This document shows positions 42,209 to 53,217 of a stretch of 64,000 nt of DNA, piece after piece (position 1 is the first letter of the stretch; each line of letters begins with the position of its first letter). The stretch is taken from NCBI GenBank assembly GCA_963739455.1, contig CAVUAK010000003.1, positions 416,001-480,000 on the forward strand. The letters run 5' to 3'. This DNA comes from an uncultured Gemmatimonadales bacterium. GTDB lineage: Bacteria; Gemmatimonadota; Gemmatimonadetes; Gemmatimonadales; GWC2-71-9. Under the pieces are notes generated by a model. It was not told the origin of the DNA and ran no database searches. It saw nothing but the letters and a program-made list of their open reading frames with translations. A program made the position numbers and the translations under genes.

Positions 42209-45200
42209 TCAAAACATGTACCTCGCACCGAGCTGAATCGTGTACGGATCCCCCTGCTTCTGCACCACGCCGAAGTTCTGGTTCACGGTATAGCGATAGC
42301 GCTGGGTGGCCTGATCGAAGCCGACAACATTCAGCAGTGGAATCCGCTGCAGCACCGGGTTCTGGGTGGAAATGCCGAGCGGCAGCAGGTACTGACCTCC
42401 CCAGTCCGAGTTGAGCAGGTTCATGAAGTTGAAGACGTCGACGGTGAACTCGATGGCCTGCGCCTTGTAGATGTGGAACGCCTTGGCAAGGCGGAGGTCG
42501 ACGCGTGAGTTCCACGGCGCGCTGGCGCCGTTCCGGCTGGCGATCTGACCCAGATTGGCCTTCAGATAGTCTCGCGCGACGTTGTCGGGGTTGTTGAGGA
42601 CCGTTCGCATGCCCGCCGCAATATCCGCTGGGGTGTTCGGGTCGTCGGGGTTGAAGATGAACGCCAGGTCGTTGCCGTTCACCTCGTCGCCGTTGATGTC
42701 CCCGTTGATCACCGCCGAGAACGGCCGACCCGAAATGCCCACGTAGCGAACGCTCAGCACGAACCCGACCACCGGTGGCAGTGAACCAGCGATCACCAGC
42801 TTGTTCGTGAACGCGAGGTCGGACGGTCCCCAGGAGCCGCTGATGTCCCTGGGATCCCCCTTGATGGCGGTGAAGCTGGTGGCCGTACGGGCCAGGCAGC
42901 AGCCGTAGGTGGTGTTGTCTTCCGCGTTGTTCCTCGTATACGACACCTGCAGCAGGCTCTTGCTGGTCGGCCGGATCGCGGCCTCGATGATGAGTGACAG
43001 GTCATGTCCTGATCCAACATTCGTGAGCCCCAGCACCCGGCCGATCGAGGCAACCTTCCGGGCGTTTCGGTTGTTCGTCACCCCCAGTGCGGTAATCGTC
43101 GAGGCTGGCACGAACACGGGGCGGTTGGCCTCGTTGGACAGCGTGAAGGCAGGGTCGGTGACCAGGTTCTCGTCGACGTAGTAGTAGTTACTGCTGGTCC
43201 ATGCACCGAGCAGCGTTCCCGTCAGTGTGAGCCATTTCGAGAACTGATGCTGGTAAGCAAGGCTGCCCTTCCAGGTGAGCGGCACATGGAAGTCACTACC
43301 GACCACGTTCACGTATGACGGCGGGATGGGTGCCCCGGCCGGGACCCCTGGGATGGTGCTCGGGTCGGCGGCGTACTCGGGGTAGTCAGGGATGGGCACG
43401 GCCGCGCCGCGGAGGTCGATGTCGGTGAGGAGCAGGCCGTCATTGAGCAACTGGTTGTGCTGTGCGTAGTACGGTAGCTGTGACGTGAAGAGACCTCCGC
43501 CAGCGCGGACAATGTCCTTTCCGGAGGCCCCCGGTATCCAGACCACCTGGGCGCGCGGCTGCAGCGTGAACCAGTCCTGGGGCTTCTTGGTGGTGTTGAA
43601 GCCCAGTGCCGTGTCGACCAGCGGATTGTATGCTGCCCCGGTCAGGAACGCTGAAGCATCCCAGCGAAGGCCGCCGGTCACGGTGAGGGTGCGTGAGGGT
43701 CGCCACTCACCCTGCGCGAAGAGCCCGAGTTCCAGCACCCCCTGGCGCGTCAGGGTCGAGTCGGGAGTGAGCGGGACGCTCCGGGTGAAGCGCGACGCCT
43801 TGAGTGCATCGAGCGCTCCCAGCGAATCGAATTCGAACAACCCGCTCTGTGCCTCGGCGATGTAGGTACGCAGTAGCGTGTAGGTGTTGTTGGTACCGAT
43901 CGAGAACAGGGCGTTGCCCTTCTGTATCACCGCCTGGTCGAACAGCTGGTACTGCCACTCACGACTCACGTCAGGAGCCAGCCGATTGCCCCCGAACTGA
44001 ACGCGCACGTCGCCCACCGTCCCATCGGGAAGGTCCGACTTGATTCGCACGAACCCGCGGGGCAACGGGGTGATTGGCGTCAGGGACCGGCTGGAGGTGT
44101 TCCAGGCGAACTGGAGGTCGTTCTGGGCCGAGGCACCGAGCGTCGACCGCAACGACGCCTGGAACTGCTGCTCGGCCGACGTGAAGCTGGACCGGGCATC
44201 GTAGATGGCCAGCGGCTGGTCTACGCCTCCACTCAGCGGGTTGTCCCAGTCGGTGTAGTTATACCGCAGCGTGAGGGTCTGGCTGGTCGAGATGGCCCAA
44301 TCCACTCGGCCGAAGGCGGTATTGGCAACGAGACTGCGATCGAAGGCCCCAACCTGTTGCTGGTTGGGATCCTGGCCGTACTTCTCCTGCAGGATGGCCA
44401 GCATGCGCGCGAGTGAATCACGTGAAATCCCTGCGGCGATTTCGTCCTGGTCCGTCTTCAGGTCGGCGATGAAGAGTGTCTCGCGGCTGTCATAGCGCTC
44501 GAATGCCGCGAAGAAGAGCAGCTTGTTCTTCACGATGGGCCCGCCGATGCTGCCGCCCCACTGCGTCGTGCTGAAGTCGCGCTGGTCACGGTCCCGGCCC
44601 AGGTAGTCCGTTGGCGCACTCAGGGCAGCGCTCCGGTGGAAGCCAAACACCGATCCATTGAGTGTGTTGGTGCCTGAGCGCGTCGCGGCACTGATGGTCC
44701 CGCCTCCCGCCCGGCCAAGCGACACGTCATAGACGTTCGGGTTGACCTCGAATTCCTGGATGGCCTCCATGCTCACCGTAAACGGACCGGCGCCCGCCTC
44801 TCCCGCGCGCAACATGTTCCGCGCCTGGGCGCCATCGATCGTGTAGTTGGTGGCAGTCCAGCGGGCACCGCCAAGCGATTGCTGTGAACCGACAGTCGGG
44901 GCGAGTGCGGAGAGATCGGTGAAGTTGCGGCTAAGCGTGGGAATGGAGGCGAGCTGCTCTGCATCAAACCGGGCATTGCCACCGATGCGACCCGCCCGCT
45001 CGTCCAGGCTGTCGGAGGTGGCAACGAGCTCTTCCAGTTCCACGACCGAGGGGGTCAGCACGAACGCGACATCCACCCGGTCACCCAGACCGAGCGAGAT
45101 GCCGGTGTCCTGGGACGGAGTGTAGCCGATGCGCTTGGCGGTGACGGTGTAGGGGCCACCGAGGGGCAACTGGAGGAATGCGAAGCGGCCGGAGGTGTTG

Positions 45201-45409
45201 GTGGCGGCGCGGGCGATGAAGCCCGTCGACACGTTCTTCACCTCGATCGTTACTTCAGCGAGCGGTGCTCCCGTGCTGTCCCGTGCAGTTCCCAGGATTG
45301 CCGCATCGGTGGTCTGGGCCGCGAGTGGGCGGCACCAGAGGGCGGCGACGATGAGAATGCAGGTTAAACGAATCGCACGACATACAAACGCAGTTGTGCA
45401 GGGAGGCAT
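42209..45409 (-). CDS. TonB-dependent receptor-like protein (Oar-type, carboxypeptidase-regulatory N-domain)
   Basis: GGPYTVTA, RNFTDL, SMEAIQEF, TRSGTN, QWGGSIGGPI; C-terminal QLGARYMF. Confidence 0.92.
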   Translation of the reverse strand: MPPCTTAFVCRAIRLTCILIVAALWCRPLAAQTTDAAILGTARDSTGAPLAEVTIEVKNVSTGFIARAATNTSGRFAFLQLPLGGPYTVTAKRIGYTPSQDTGISLGLGDRVDVAFVLTPSVVELEELVATSDSLDERAGRIGGNARFDAEQLASIPTLSRNFTDLSALAPTVGSQQSLGGARWTATNYTIDGAQARNMLRAGEAGAGPFTVSMEAIQEFEVNPNVYDVSLGRAGGGTISAATRSGTNTLNGSVFGFHRSAALSAPTDYLGRDRDQRDFSTTQWGGSIGGPIVKNKLLFFAAFERYDSRETLFIADLKTDQDEIAAGISRDSLARMLAILQEKYGQDPNQQQVGAFDRSLVANTAFGRVDWAISTSQTLTLRYNYTDWDNPLSGGVDQPLAIYDARSSFTSAEQQFQASLRSTLGASAQNDLQFAWNTSSRSLTPITPLPRGFVRIKSDLPDGTVGDVRVQFGGNRLAPDVSREWQYQLFDQAVIQKGNALFSIGTNNTYTLLRTYIAEAQSGLFEFDSLGALDALKASRFTRSVPLTPDSTLTRQGVLELGLFAQGEWRPSRTLTVTGGLRWDASAFLTGAAYNPLVDTALGFNTTKKPQDWFTLQPRAQVVWIPGASGKDIVRAGGGLFTSQLPYYAQHNQLLNDGLLLTDIDLRGAAVPIPDYPEYAADPSTIPGVPAGAPIPPSYVNVVGSDFHVPLTWKGSLAYQHQFSKWLTLTGTLLGAWTSSNYYYVDENLVTDPAFTLSNEANRPVFVPASTITALGVTNNRNARKVASIGRVLGLTNVGSGHDLSLIIEAAIRPTSKSLLQVSYTRNNAEDNTTYGCCLARTATSFTAIKGDPRDISGSWGPSDLAFTNKLVIAGSLPPVVGFVLSVRYVGISGRPFSAVINGDINGDEVNGNDLAFIFNPDDPNTPADIAAGMRTVLNNPDNVARDYLKANLGQIASRNGASAPWNSRVDLRLAKAFHIYKAQAIEFTVDVFNFMNLLNSDWGGQYLLPLGISTQNPVLQRIPLLNVVGFDQATQRYRYTVNQNFGVVQKQGDPYTIQLGARYMF

Positions 45410-45497
45410 GCACGCTAACGTACGCGCGGTGCAGTATTGCGCAAATAGAACTGGTGAATGACTGCATTGACGCCCGCTATCAGCGGACGCGGCAGCA

Positions 45498-46094
45498 TCA
45501 CGCCCGAGGCACGAAGTTGAGCGCGACGGAATTCATGCAGTAGCGCAGGCCGGTTGGCTTGGGGCCGTCGTCGAACACATGGCCGAGATGCGCATCGCAA
45601 AGGGTGCACGAGATGGCGTCCCGCTGCATGCCGAGGCTGCTGTCCGAGCTCTTCACGACGTTCATCGCCGATATGGGCGCCCAGAAGCTCGGCCACCCGG
45701 TGCCCGACTCGAATTTCGTCTTCGAATCAAAGAGTGCATTGTCGCAGCAGATGCACCGGTACAAGCCGTCGGCATGATTGTCGGCGTACTTGCCGGTAAA
45801 TGACCGCTCCGTCCCCTCCTGGCGCGTCACGTAGTAGGACGCTGCCGACAGCTGCAGCTTCCACTCCGCGTCGGTCTTCACCACCATCGGCAGGCGAACG
45901 ACCCCCTCGCTCTTGCCCGCGGCCGAAAAGCGCTCGATGGAGACATCCTTTCGCGTCGGCACCAAGGTGAGCGCGTGCGAGGCGGCCGAGCGGTACCAGG
46001 CGCCAGCGGACACGGCAATGAGGCCACTCAAGAGAAAGGCTCGACGCCCAAGCGACTGGCCTGGCACCGAAGCTGGCTCGTTCAGGGTTCTCAC
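45498..46094 (-). CDS. msrB: Methionine-R-sulfoxide reductase, Zn-binding type, Tat leader
   Basis: GRRAFL leader; CICC and [30 protein letters not shown]. Confidence 0.95.
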   Translation of the reverse strand: MRTLNEPASVPGQSLGRRAFLLSGLIAVSAGAWYRSAASHALTLVPTRKDVSIERFSAAGKSEGVVRLPMVVKTDAEWKLQLSAASYYVTRQEGTERSFTGKYADNHADGLYRCICCDNALFDSKTKFESGTGWPSFWAPISAMNVVKSSDSSLGMQRDAISCTLCDAHLGHVFDDGPKPTGLRYCMNSVALNFVPRA

Positions 46095-46173
46095 GACTCT
46101 TCTCCCATGGTTGGACCGTAGTACTAGAATACGTCGCTACCGGAAAATCGGATCCCTTCACCCCTGGATGCCC

Positions 46174-46710
46174 ATGCGCAGAGCGTTCCTGATCCTTGGC
46201 TTGGCCCTGACTGCCTCACCCCTGGCTGCCCAGGCGGCCCCGGCTGGTCCACGGGCGTCCGATGTCCAGTCGCTGGATGCCATCCTGGCGGCCCTCTACG
46301 ACGTGATATCCGGCCCAGCTGGGCAGACGCGAGATTGGGACAGGATGCGTAACCTGTTCGTTTCGGGGGCGCGCCTGATCCCGACCGTCTACCGGCCCGA
46401 CAGCATTCCGCGGTTGCGTGAGCTCAGCGTCGAGGACTACATCAAGCTCGCCGGCCCGCAGCTCGAGAAGAACGGGTTCTTCGAGACCGAAATCGCGAGG
46501 CAGGTGGAGCAGTACGGTGGCGTGGTTCACGCGTTCAGCACATACGAGAGCCGGCACAAGGCCGATGACCCGGCGCCCTTCGTGCGGGGCATGAACAGCA
46601 TCCAGCTCTTCAACGACGGCCAGCGCTGGTGGGTTGTCACCATCCTGTGGGAGGGGGAGCGGCCCTCCAACCCGATCCCCCCGAAGTACCTGAAGAGCGG
46701 CGCGAACTAG
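46174..46710 (+). CDS. Exported hypothetical protein (NTF2/SnoaL-like)
   Basis: Signal peptide; LYDVISGPAG..RDWDR; RGMNSIQL..DGQRWWV. Confidence 0.75.
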   Translation: MRRAFLILGLALTASPLAAQAAPAGPRASDVQSLDAILAALYDVISGPAGQTRDWDRMRNLFVSGARLIPTVYRPDSIPRLRELSVEDYIKLAGPQLEKNGFFETEIARQVEQYGGVVHAFSTYESRHKADDPAPFVRGMNSIQLFNDGQRWWVVTILWEGERPSNPIPPKYLKSGAN

Positions 46711-46757
46711 TGGATAGGCAACGGCCCCGCGGGTAGTCACATGAGCAGGATGTCGGC

Positions 46758-47469
46758 CTAGATGCCGCCCAGCCACGGATAACCCTGGTCCTCCCAGTAG
46801 CCGCCGGGCCGCGTGCTGGTGAATGTCATCTTCGTGAGGTACTTGGTCAGCTTGTAGCCGAGCTTGATGGGCGAGTACAGGCGCAGCGGCGCCCCGTGAT
46901 CAGGCATCAGCGGACGGTCATTGAAGGCGTACGCCAGCATCGTCTGCGGGTGCATGGCGCTCGCCATGTCCCAGCCGTTGTAGTAGCCATTGTCGAACGA
47001 ATCGAAGCGCACATAGCGCGCGCGTTCGGTCGGCTGCACCAGGTCCGCGACAACCGAGAGCGGCACGCCGGACCATGTGGCGACCGCCGTCCACCCCTCC
47101 ACGCAATGATGCTTCACGGTGTAGGTCACGCGCGGCAGCTGCTGCAGCATCTCCAGTGTCAGTGATGTCGGCGCCTTCACCTCGCCTCCCACCTCCAGCG
47201 CCCATGGCTGTGCCACAGTGAGTGTTGGTACCTCGCGACTGATGAAGTATCCAGGCATCGTGCCGCTGCCGGGCCGAAGCCGGATACACCCTGGCCAGGC
47301 GCTTGCTCGACTGCAAGATGTTCTCGCCGACCCAGTCATTGAGGCGCGACATCGAGGCGAGTTTCGACTTGACCAGTGGGCCGCCGTCCCAGCCGCAGCC
47401 TGCCACCAGTGCCGCGGGGCCGGCGACGACGCCGAGGCGCAGGAAATCACGGCGATCGAGGCTAGCCAT
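46758..47469 (-). CDS. Sulfite-oxidase-family molybdopterin oxidoreductase, MsrP-like, Tat (frameshift ~47275)
   Basis: RRDFL; HHCVEGW Mo-ligand Cys; HGAPLRL..KLGYK; GGYWEDQGY. Confidence 0.9.
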
Positions 47470-48143
47470 GGCTGGGGAACTTTCCGCGATACCAACCGGT
47501 CACCATCGACGGGAGCGAACGCGGGATCGGCGAGCAGGACCGCGCCGACGTGCACGATGGTGAAGGCGATGAACAGCCATACGGCGACAAAGTGCCAGTA
47601 TCGGGCCAGTTCAAATCCGCCGAAGAGCGAGGTCAGCCAGGAAAGCTGCACCGGCTTGTAGATGGCAAAGCCACTCAGCACGGAGATGGCGCCAAGTGCC
47701 ATGATGAAGGTGTACGCACCCTTCTGCAGCGCGTTGTGCTTCCCCTGGGGCGGGTGCTCCTTGCGGAGGCGCAGGTAGTAGAGCTGCATCTCGATGGCCG
47801 GCCTCACGTCGCGAGGACGGAAGAGCAGCTCGCGCCATTGGCCGGTGAAGATGAGGAACCCCAGGTAGGTGAGGCCGGTAATGACGAGCGGCCATGCCAG
47901 CGCGAAATGCCAGTTCAGGCCGCCGGCGAGCCAGCCACCCAGTCGTACCGCCTCGGGAAAGGTGTAGCCGTCGAAGGGATTGGGAACGGCGAGCGTCTCC
48001 CCCTTGGACCCGAAATGACGGAAGGCCCCGTAGATCTGCAGGCCGCTCGCGATCATCCCGGTCAGGACGATGGCATTGAGCCAGTGCGTGAGGCGCACCA
48101 GGCCATGGTGCCGCCTCACGCGTGGATTGGGGGACTCGGTCAT
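47462..48143 (-). CDS. Di-heme cytochrome b (Ni-hydrogenase/FdnI-type) partner (frameshift ~47520)
   Basis: RLTHWLNA, NWHF, HNALQK, RYWHF, IVHV. Confidence 0.88.
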
Positions 48144-48326
48144 TCCGGCATTCCTTTCGAGCGTACCTGAACATACGCCCCCACGCCGGAATCGGTTCTC
48201 CCACGGTTGCCTAACGACGCACATCTGGCAGATTCAGGAAGGTCTACGCCTCAACCCGGTCGGATCGGATGCATGGGGGCGGACCGACTTTCACACTTGC
48301 AGTTTGACGCCATTCAGGAGGGTGAC

Positions 48327-48698
48327 GTGCGTTCTCGATTTTCCTCCGTCGCGCTTGCCGCGCTGACGACCCTTGCAATTCCGACGGTCGCGCAGGCCCA
48401 GAAGCCCGCGCCCATCGCTCCTTCGCAACTGCTGACGCAGCGGCAGGAGCTGAACCTCACCCCGGCGCAGGTGCGCGAGCTTTCACTGCTCGCGGCGCAG
48501 GCGCATCGTTACCAGATGGCGGTGCTCTTCGCACCGTCCAAGCCCTGGATTGCGAGCGCCAGGGGTACCGCCCACGACGTTGCCTCGGAGCGGGCGCTGG
48601 CCCTGCTGTCACCGGAGCAGCGGGTCCTTGCCACAAGGCCTGCGACGGATTCTGTTGAGTTGGCAAGCAAGGATCAGCCGTCGGTACTTCTGGACTAG
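48327..48698 (+). CDS. Small exported hypothetical protein (Spy/CpxP-like LTxxQ motifs)
   Basis: AGGAGG RBS; signal peptide; LNLTPAQ and LLSPEQ. Confidence 0.6.
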   Translation: MRSRFSSVALAALTTLAIPTVAQAQKPAPIAPSQLLTQRQELNLTPAQVRELSLLAAQAHRYQMAVLFAPSKPWIASARGTAHDVASERALALLSPEQRVLATRPATDSVELASKDQPSVLLD

Positions 48699-48701
48699 CG
48701 G

Positions 48702-51381
48702 CTACTTCTGGCTCACTGCGGTCGCGGCTTTGGGCAGGGTGTCGGCCAGCTCTGCCCGGAACCGCGCCGCCTTGTCAGGCTGTCCCAGCGAGTCGTACGC
48801 CGCCACGAGGTCCTTGCGCGCGTTCTTCAGGAAGCTCACCGCCGGATCCGACTGCTTCGACACGATTTCGTAGCCGGCGAAGCTCTCCTGCGCTGCCTCG
48901 GCGAAGCGGCCCTGGCGCAGCAGCGAACGACCCAGCTTGATCCTCGCGATGCCGGTGTTGAGGTGTTCGGGCGATTGCGCGCTCGAGTAGATCACGATCG
49001 CCTGGCGGTAGAGCGGTTCCGCCTTCGCCGGCTCCTTCCGCGACATGTACACGCTGGCCAGGTTCGAGAGGGCGGTGCCGGTCAGGTAGTGCCCGCCCGG
49101 GTACACCTTGGCATAGATGTCCGCCATGCGCCGGAACGCGGCCTCGGCGTCGTCGAGCTTGTTCCGCTGCAGCGACACCGTGCCGAGCTCGTTGACCGCC
49201 GACGCCACCCGCGGGTGCACCGGTCCGAAGACCCGCTCCTGGATGACGAGCGATCTGCTGCAGCGTGCTGGTCGCCTCATCGAACTTCTCCTCGCGCACC
49301 AGCACGCGACCGAGCATCGTCAGGGTGGACGCCGTCACGTAGCTGTCCTCGCCGTACCACCCGCTGTTGATGACCGAGCGCCTCGCGATAGTATCGCTCT
49401 GCCTCCGCATAGTGGCCCGCCTCGAACTGGATGGCGCCCAGGTTGATCAGGTCCTCGGCGACCGAGGGATGCCGGTCGCCATGCAGCGCGCGGCTCATCG
49501 CCAGGACCTGGCGCGTCAGGGAATCGGCAATATGCCCAGTGACCCAGGTAGAAGTGAGTGTTCGCGAGTTCGTAGAGGCTGTTCGACAGCTCCGGGGTCA
49601 CGTTCGCCGGGCGCAGAGTAGATCCGCACGGCCTTCTCCAGCACCGGCACCGCCGAGTCGTACGCTCCGCGCTCTACCAGCACATGGCCGAGCGCGGCGG
49701 TTGCCTTCGCCACCGCGGGGTGGTCCGGTGCAAGCGACTTCTGGCTCTGGGTCAGGCCCCTCCGCACCAGTTGCTCGCCTTCATCGAATCGTGCCTGGTC
49801 CGATCGCAGGAGGCCGAGCTGTACCTCGCTTTCTGCGACCTCGGGGTGATTGGCTCCGCGCAGGGCAACCCGATGCTCGAGCGCGGCGCTGATCAGCGAG
49901 TCGGCACGATCGAGGTCGCCTAGTTGCTGGTAGATGCCCCCGAGTGTGGCGAGGAGTTCAGCCTGCACGCCCGGCTCGCCCACGAGGCTGCTCGCTTCCT
50001 GCACGCCGCGATCCACGAGCGTCACCACGCGCAGGCTCTCTGCCGGTCCTGCTTCCTCGTCACCACCCTGGAACAGGTTGAGCATGAACCCCTGGATGCG
50101 CTGCGCCCGCGCTGCTTCGGCCACCGCCGCGTTGCGTGCGGTGGCGACGCGCACGGTGTAGAACACCACGATGCTGACGAGCGCCACGAGGGCCAGTGCT
50201 GCCGCAGCGACGCCGCGCGTGTTGCGGCGCACGAACTTGCCAAGCCGGTAGCCGACGCTGTCGGGACGCGCATCGAGCGGCTCGCCGCCGAGATAGTGGT
50301 CGATGTCGCGGATCAGCGCCTCGACGGTGCGGTAGCGGCGGTCGGGATCCTTGTGCATCGCCGTGAGGCAGAGCACGTCGAGGTCAGCCCATGACACCCG
50401 GCTGGTTGATTCCGCCGGTGCTCCCGCGTGTCGCGCGGTTGTGCGTGCGACGGCGGACGGCTTCACCGCCTCATAGGCGTCGATTACGTGGCCCGCCTCG
50501 GCGGGAGTGTGATGTGACAGGTCGAACGGCAGGCGCCCGGTGAGCAGCTCGTACAGGATGATGCCGAGCGAATAGACGTCGGTGTGAAGCCCGACCCGGT
50601 CGCCCCGGATCTGCTCCGGCGCCGCGTAGGCCGGTGTCATCAGGCGAAGGCCGGTGCGTGTCCTGTCGGCGGGCGAGTCGAGCGGCTCGAGGTGCTTGGC
50701 GATGCCGAAGTCGAGCAGCTTCACGGTGCCGTCTGCCTTCACCAGGATGTTCGACGGCTTGAGGTCGCGGTGGATGATGGCATGGGAGTGGGCATGCAGC
50801 ACCGCCTCGCAGACGGCGCGGAACAGGCGGAGTCGCTCCGCCAGCGACGAGCCGTGGTTGCGGCAGTAATCGGTGAGGGGCTCACCTTCCACGTATTCCA
50901 TGACGAACCACGGCGTCCCGTCGGGAAGCGAGTTGGCGTCGTAGAGGTGTGCGATGGAAGGGTGGTTGAGCTGGGCGAGCGTGCGCTGCTCGATGGCGAA
51001 ACGCTCACGTCGTGCCGGTGACAGCCAGGCGTCCCGCAGGATCTTGAGGGCGGCGACGCTGGCAAGGTCGTCGCGCTCGGCGAGGTAGACGACGCCCATG
51101 CCGCCCTCGCCCAGGACCCGCAGGATGCGGTAGGGGCCGAAGCGCATGGTACGCAGCGTCGGTGGCACGCCGCCGTCGAGTACGTCCCGGGCCACGTCGG
51201 CCAGATCGCGATCCAGGAGCGCAAGTCCATCGGCGTCGGCCTGGAGCAGGCTCAGGACTTCGGGAATGAGCGATGGGTCGTCGGTGCTTGCCGCCTCCAG
51301 GAACGCCGGGCGCTCCGCCGCAGGCCGCTCGGCCGCGTCGTGAAAGAGCTGCTGCACTCGTTCCCACCTCGCCGCGTCGAT
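48702..51381 (-). CDS. Membrane Hanks-type Ser/Thr kinase with extracytoplasmic TPRs (several frameshifts in the TPR region)
   Basis: LGEGGMGVVY, HRDLKPSN, LLDFGIAK, TPAYAAPEQ; TM; TPR-like HP.VA repeats. Confidence 0.93.
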
Positions 51382-51395
51382 AGGCCCTCCTCGTT

Positions 51396-51968
51396 CTAGC
51401 GCGTGCTCCGCAGTTCGCGCGCGAGCCACGCCTTCGCGGCTCGCCAGTCACGCAGCACGGTCGCCTCCGACACGCCGAGCGACTCGGCCGCCTCTGCCAC
51501 GTCGAGTCCCCCGAAGAACCGGCTCTCGACCAGCGCCGCCTGCCGCGGGCTGAGCCTTGCCAGTTCCTCGAGCGCGGCATCGAGCTCGAGCAGGTCGTCC
51601 GTGCCCGTCGCACCCACGAGTGACTCGTCGAACGTGACGACCACCGCGCCGGCGCCGCGCTTGTCGGCATGACGCCGCCGCGCCGCTTCGATGAGTACCT
51701 GCCGCATCGCGCGCGCGGCGATCCGCTTGAAGTGGAGGGGCGACGTGTCGGCGAGGTGCGGGCTGCCGGCCAGCTTGAGCCACGCCTCGTTGACGAGCGC
51801 GGTGGGGCTCAGCGTCGCACTCGGGTCGGCCCGGCCCACGCTCGCGGCGAGCCGTCGCAACTCCTCGTACGTCACGCTGAACAAGTGGTCGAGCGCGCCC
51901 GAGTCGGCGGGCACGGCATCGCCGTCACCCGCGCCGGATGAGCGCCCCGTCCCGTTTCGGCTGTTCAT
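51396..51968 (-). CDS. ECF sigma factor of the STK-associated type (ECF43/EcfK-like)
   Basis: YEELRRLA, TLSPTALVNEAWLKL, MRQVLIEAARR..KRG, RFFGGL, TVLRDWRAAKAWL. Confidence 0.92.
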   Translation of the reverse strand: MNSRNGTGRSSGAGDGDAVPADSGALDHLFSVTYEELRRLAASVGRADPSATLSPTALVNEAWLKLAGSPHLADTSPLHFKRIAARAMRQVLIEAARRRHADKRGAGAVVVTFDESLVGATGTDDLLELDAALEELARLSPRQAALVESRFFGGLDVAEAAESLGVSEATVLRDWRAAKAWLARELRSTR

Positions 51969-52107
51969 GACGGTATTCCCGGCAAGGCTGCGCAATGTAC
52001 TGCGGACCACCTCGCCTCGGGCCGCCGGGGCGCAGGGGTCTAACCAAGTATCGCCGCCGAGGCGGTCTGCGCAATCCCCATCTGTCTTCCGCCAGCAGGA
52101 GGTCGCA

Positions 52108-52458
52108 ATGATTACCAGTCAGGTGAAGTTCAATCTGCTCAGCCGGGAGCAGGTGATGGGATACCTCAAGTCCACCGGCTCCAAGGATCCGGACGTGTTG
52201 CTCGCCGCAAAGGAAGAGTTCGCCAGCAACTACCGCCCGATGAAGTGGATGGGCATCTGGGGCATGGTCTGCGGGGTGCTCGCGACGCTGCTGATCGTCC
52301 TGGCCCCGCTGGGAATTCCGCTCTTCTTCCTTGGCGTGTGGTGGTTCCGGCGGGAGAAGAAGAACGCGGCCATGATCGAGGGGACCTACGCTGAGTATGT
52401 GGGGTCCGTCACCGGCAAGGGCGGGCCGCAGTTCGGGCTCAACGCGAGCGTGGCTTGA
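52108..52458 (+). CDS. Small membrane hypothetical protein
   Basis: AGGAGG RBS; TM hairpin. Confidence 0.75.
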   Translation: MITSQVKFNLLSREQVMGYLKSTGSKDPDVLLAAKEEFASNYRPMKWMGIWGMVCGVLATLLIVLAPLGIPLFFLGVWWFRREKKNAAMIEGTYAEYVGSVTGKGGPQFGLNASVA

Positions 52459-52464
52459 ACGAGG

Positions 52465-52523
52465 TAGGCGTTGGGCGTTAGGCGTTAAGAGTTCTCATGC
52501 CGACGCCTAGCGCCCAACGCCTA
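52465..52523. repeat. Heptamer-periodic inverted repeat at a convergent junction
   Basis: TAGGCGT TGGGCGT TAGGCGT ... ACGCCTA GCGCCCA ACGCCTA. Confidence 0.8.
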
Positions 52524-52682
52524 GCTGTAGTTCGACGCCCACCGCCGGGCCACGTAGATGCCCACGCCCGTGCCGACCATGCTGAGCATGAACGCCGTCA
52601 TCGTGCCGAATGACTCGCCGGCGAACCAGCCCAGCCACCCGCCGGCGGTGGCGCCGATGAAGACCATGAGCTTCGACATCAT
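52521..52682 (-). CDS. 53-aa Gly-rich two-TM protein (below the ORF-track cutoff)
   Basis: [63 protein letters not shown]. Confidence 0.75.
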   Translation of the reverse strand: MMSKLMVFIGATAGGWLGWFAGESFGTMTAFMLSMVGTGVGIYVARRWASNYS

Positions 52683-52773
52683 CCCTCCCCATTTTTCCCG
52701 GGCTTGCTACCCTTCAACGGGGCCCGGGCGATACGCGCCCGGGCATGTTTTGCGACGACACGGAGGCGCACGC

Positions 52774-53217
52774 ATGACGTTCGAGAAGCCGGGTGACGAC
52801 CAGCTCCGGCAGAAGCTCACGCCAATACAGTATAAGGTGACCCAGCACGAAGGGACGGAGGCGCCGTTCCGGAACGACTATTGGGACAACCACGAGCCCG
52901 GCATCTATGTCGATGTCGTGTCGGGAGAGCCGCTGTTCAGTTCACTGGACAAGTATGACTCGGGCACCGGATGGCCCAGCTTCACCAAGCCGCTGGAAAC
53001 CGAGAACGTGCAGCTTCGGGCGGACAGGAAGCTGTTCGCGGCGCGGACGGAGGTGCGCTCAGCCCAGGGCGACAGCCATCTCGGCCATGTGTTCGATGAT
53101 GGCCCTGCACCCACGGGGCAACGCTTCTGCATGAACTCGGCGGCGCTCCGGTTCATTCCCGTCGACAAGCTCGAGGCGGAGGGATATGGGCAGTACGTCA
53201 AGCTGTTTGGCCCGTAA
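52774..53217 (+). CDS. msrB: Methionine-R-sulfoxide reductase, Zn-free cytoplasmic type
   Basis: [38 protein letters not shown]. Confidence 0.96.
   Translation: MTFEKPGDDQLRQKLTPIQYKVTQHEGTEAPFRNDYWDNHEPGIYVDVVSGEPLFSSLDKYDSGTGWPSFTKPLETENVQLRADRKLFAARTEVRSAQGDSHLGHVFDDGPAPTGQRFCMNSAALRFIPVDKLEAEGYGQYVKLFGP

Noticed and set aside
46758..48224. Cytochrome b-molybdoenzyme fusion (488-aa ORF)
   Set aside because: Artefact of frameshifts; a separate stop (47462) and a Tat start (47469) are recoverable
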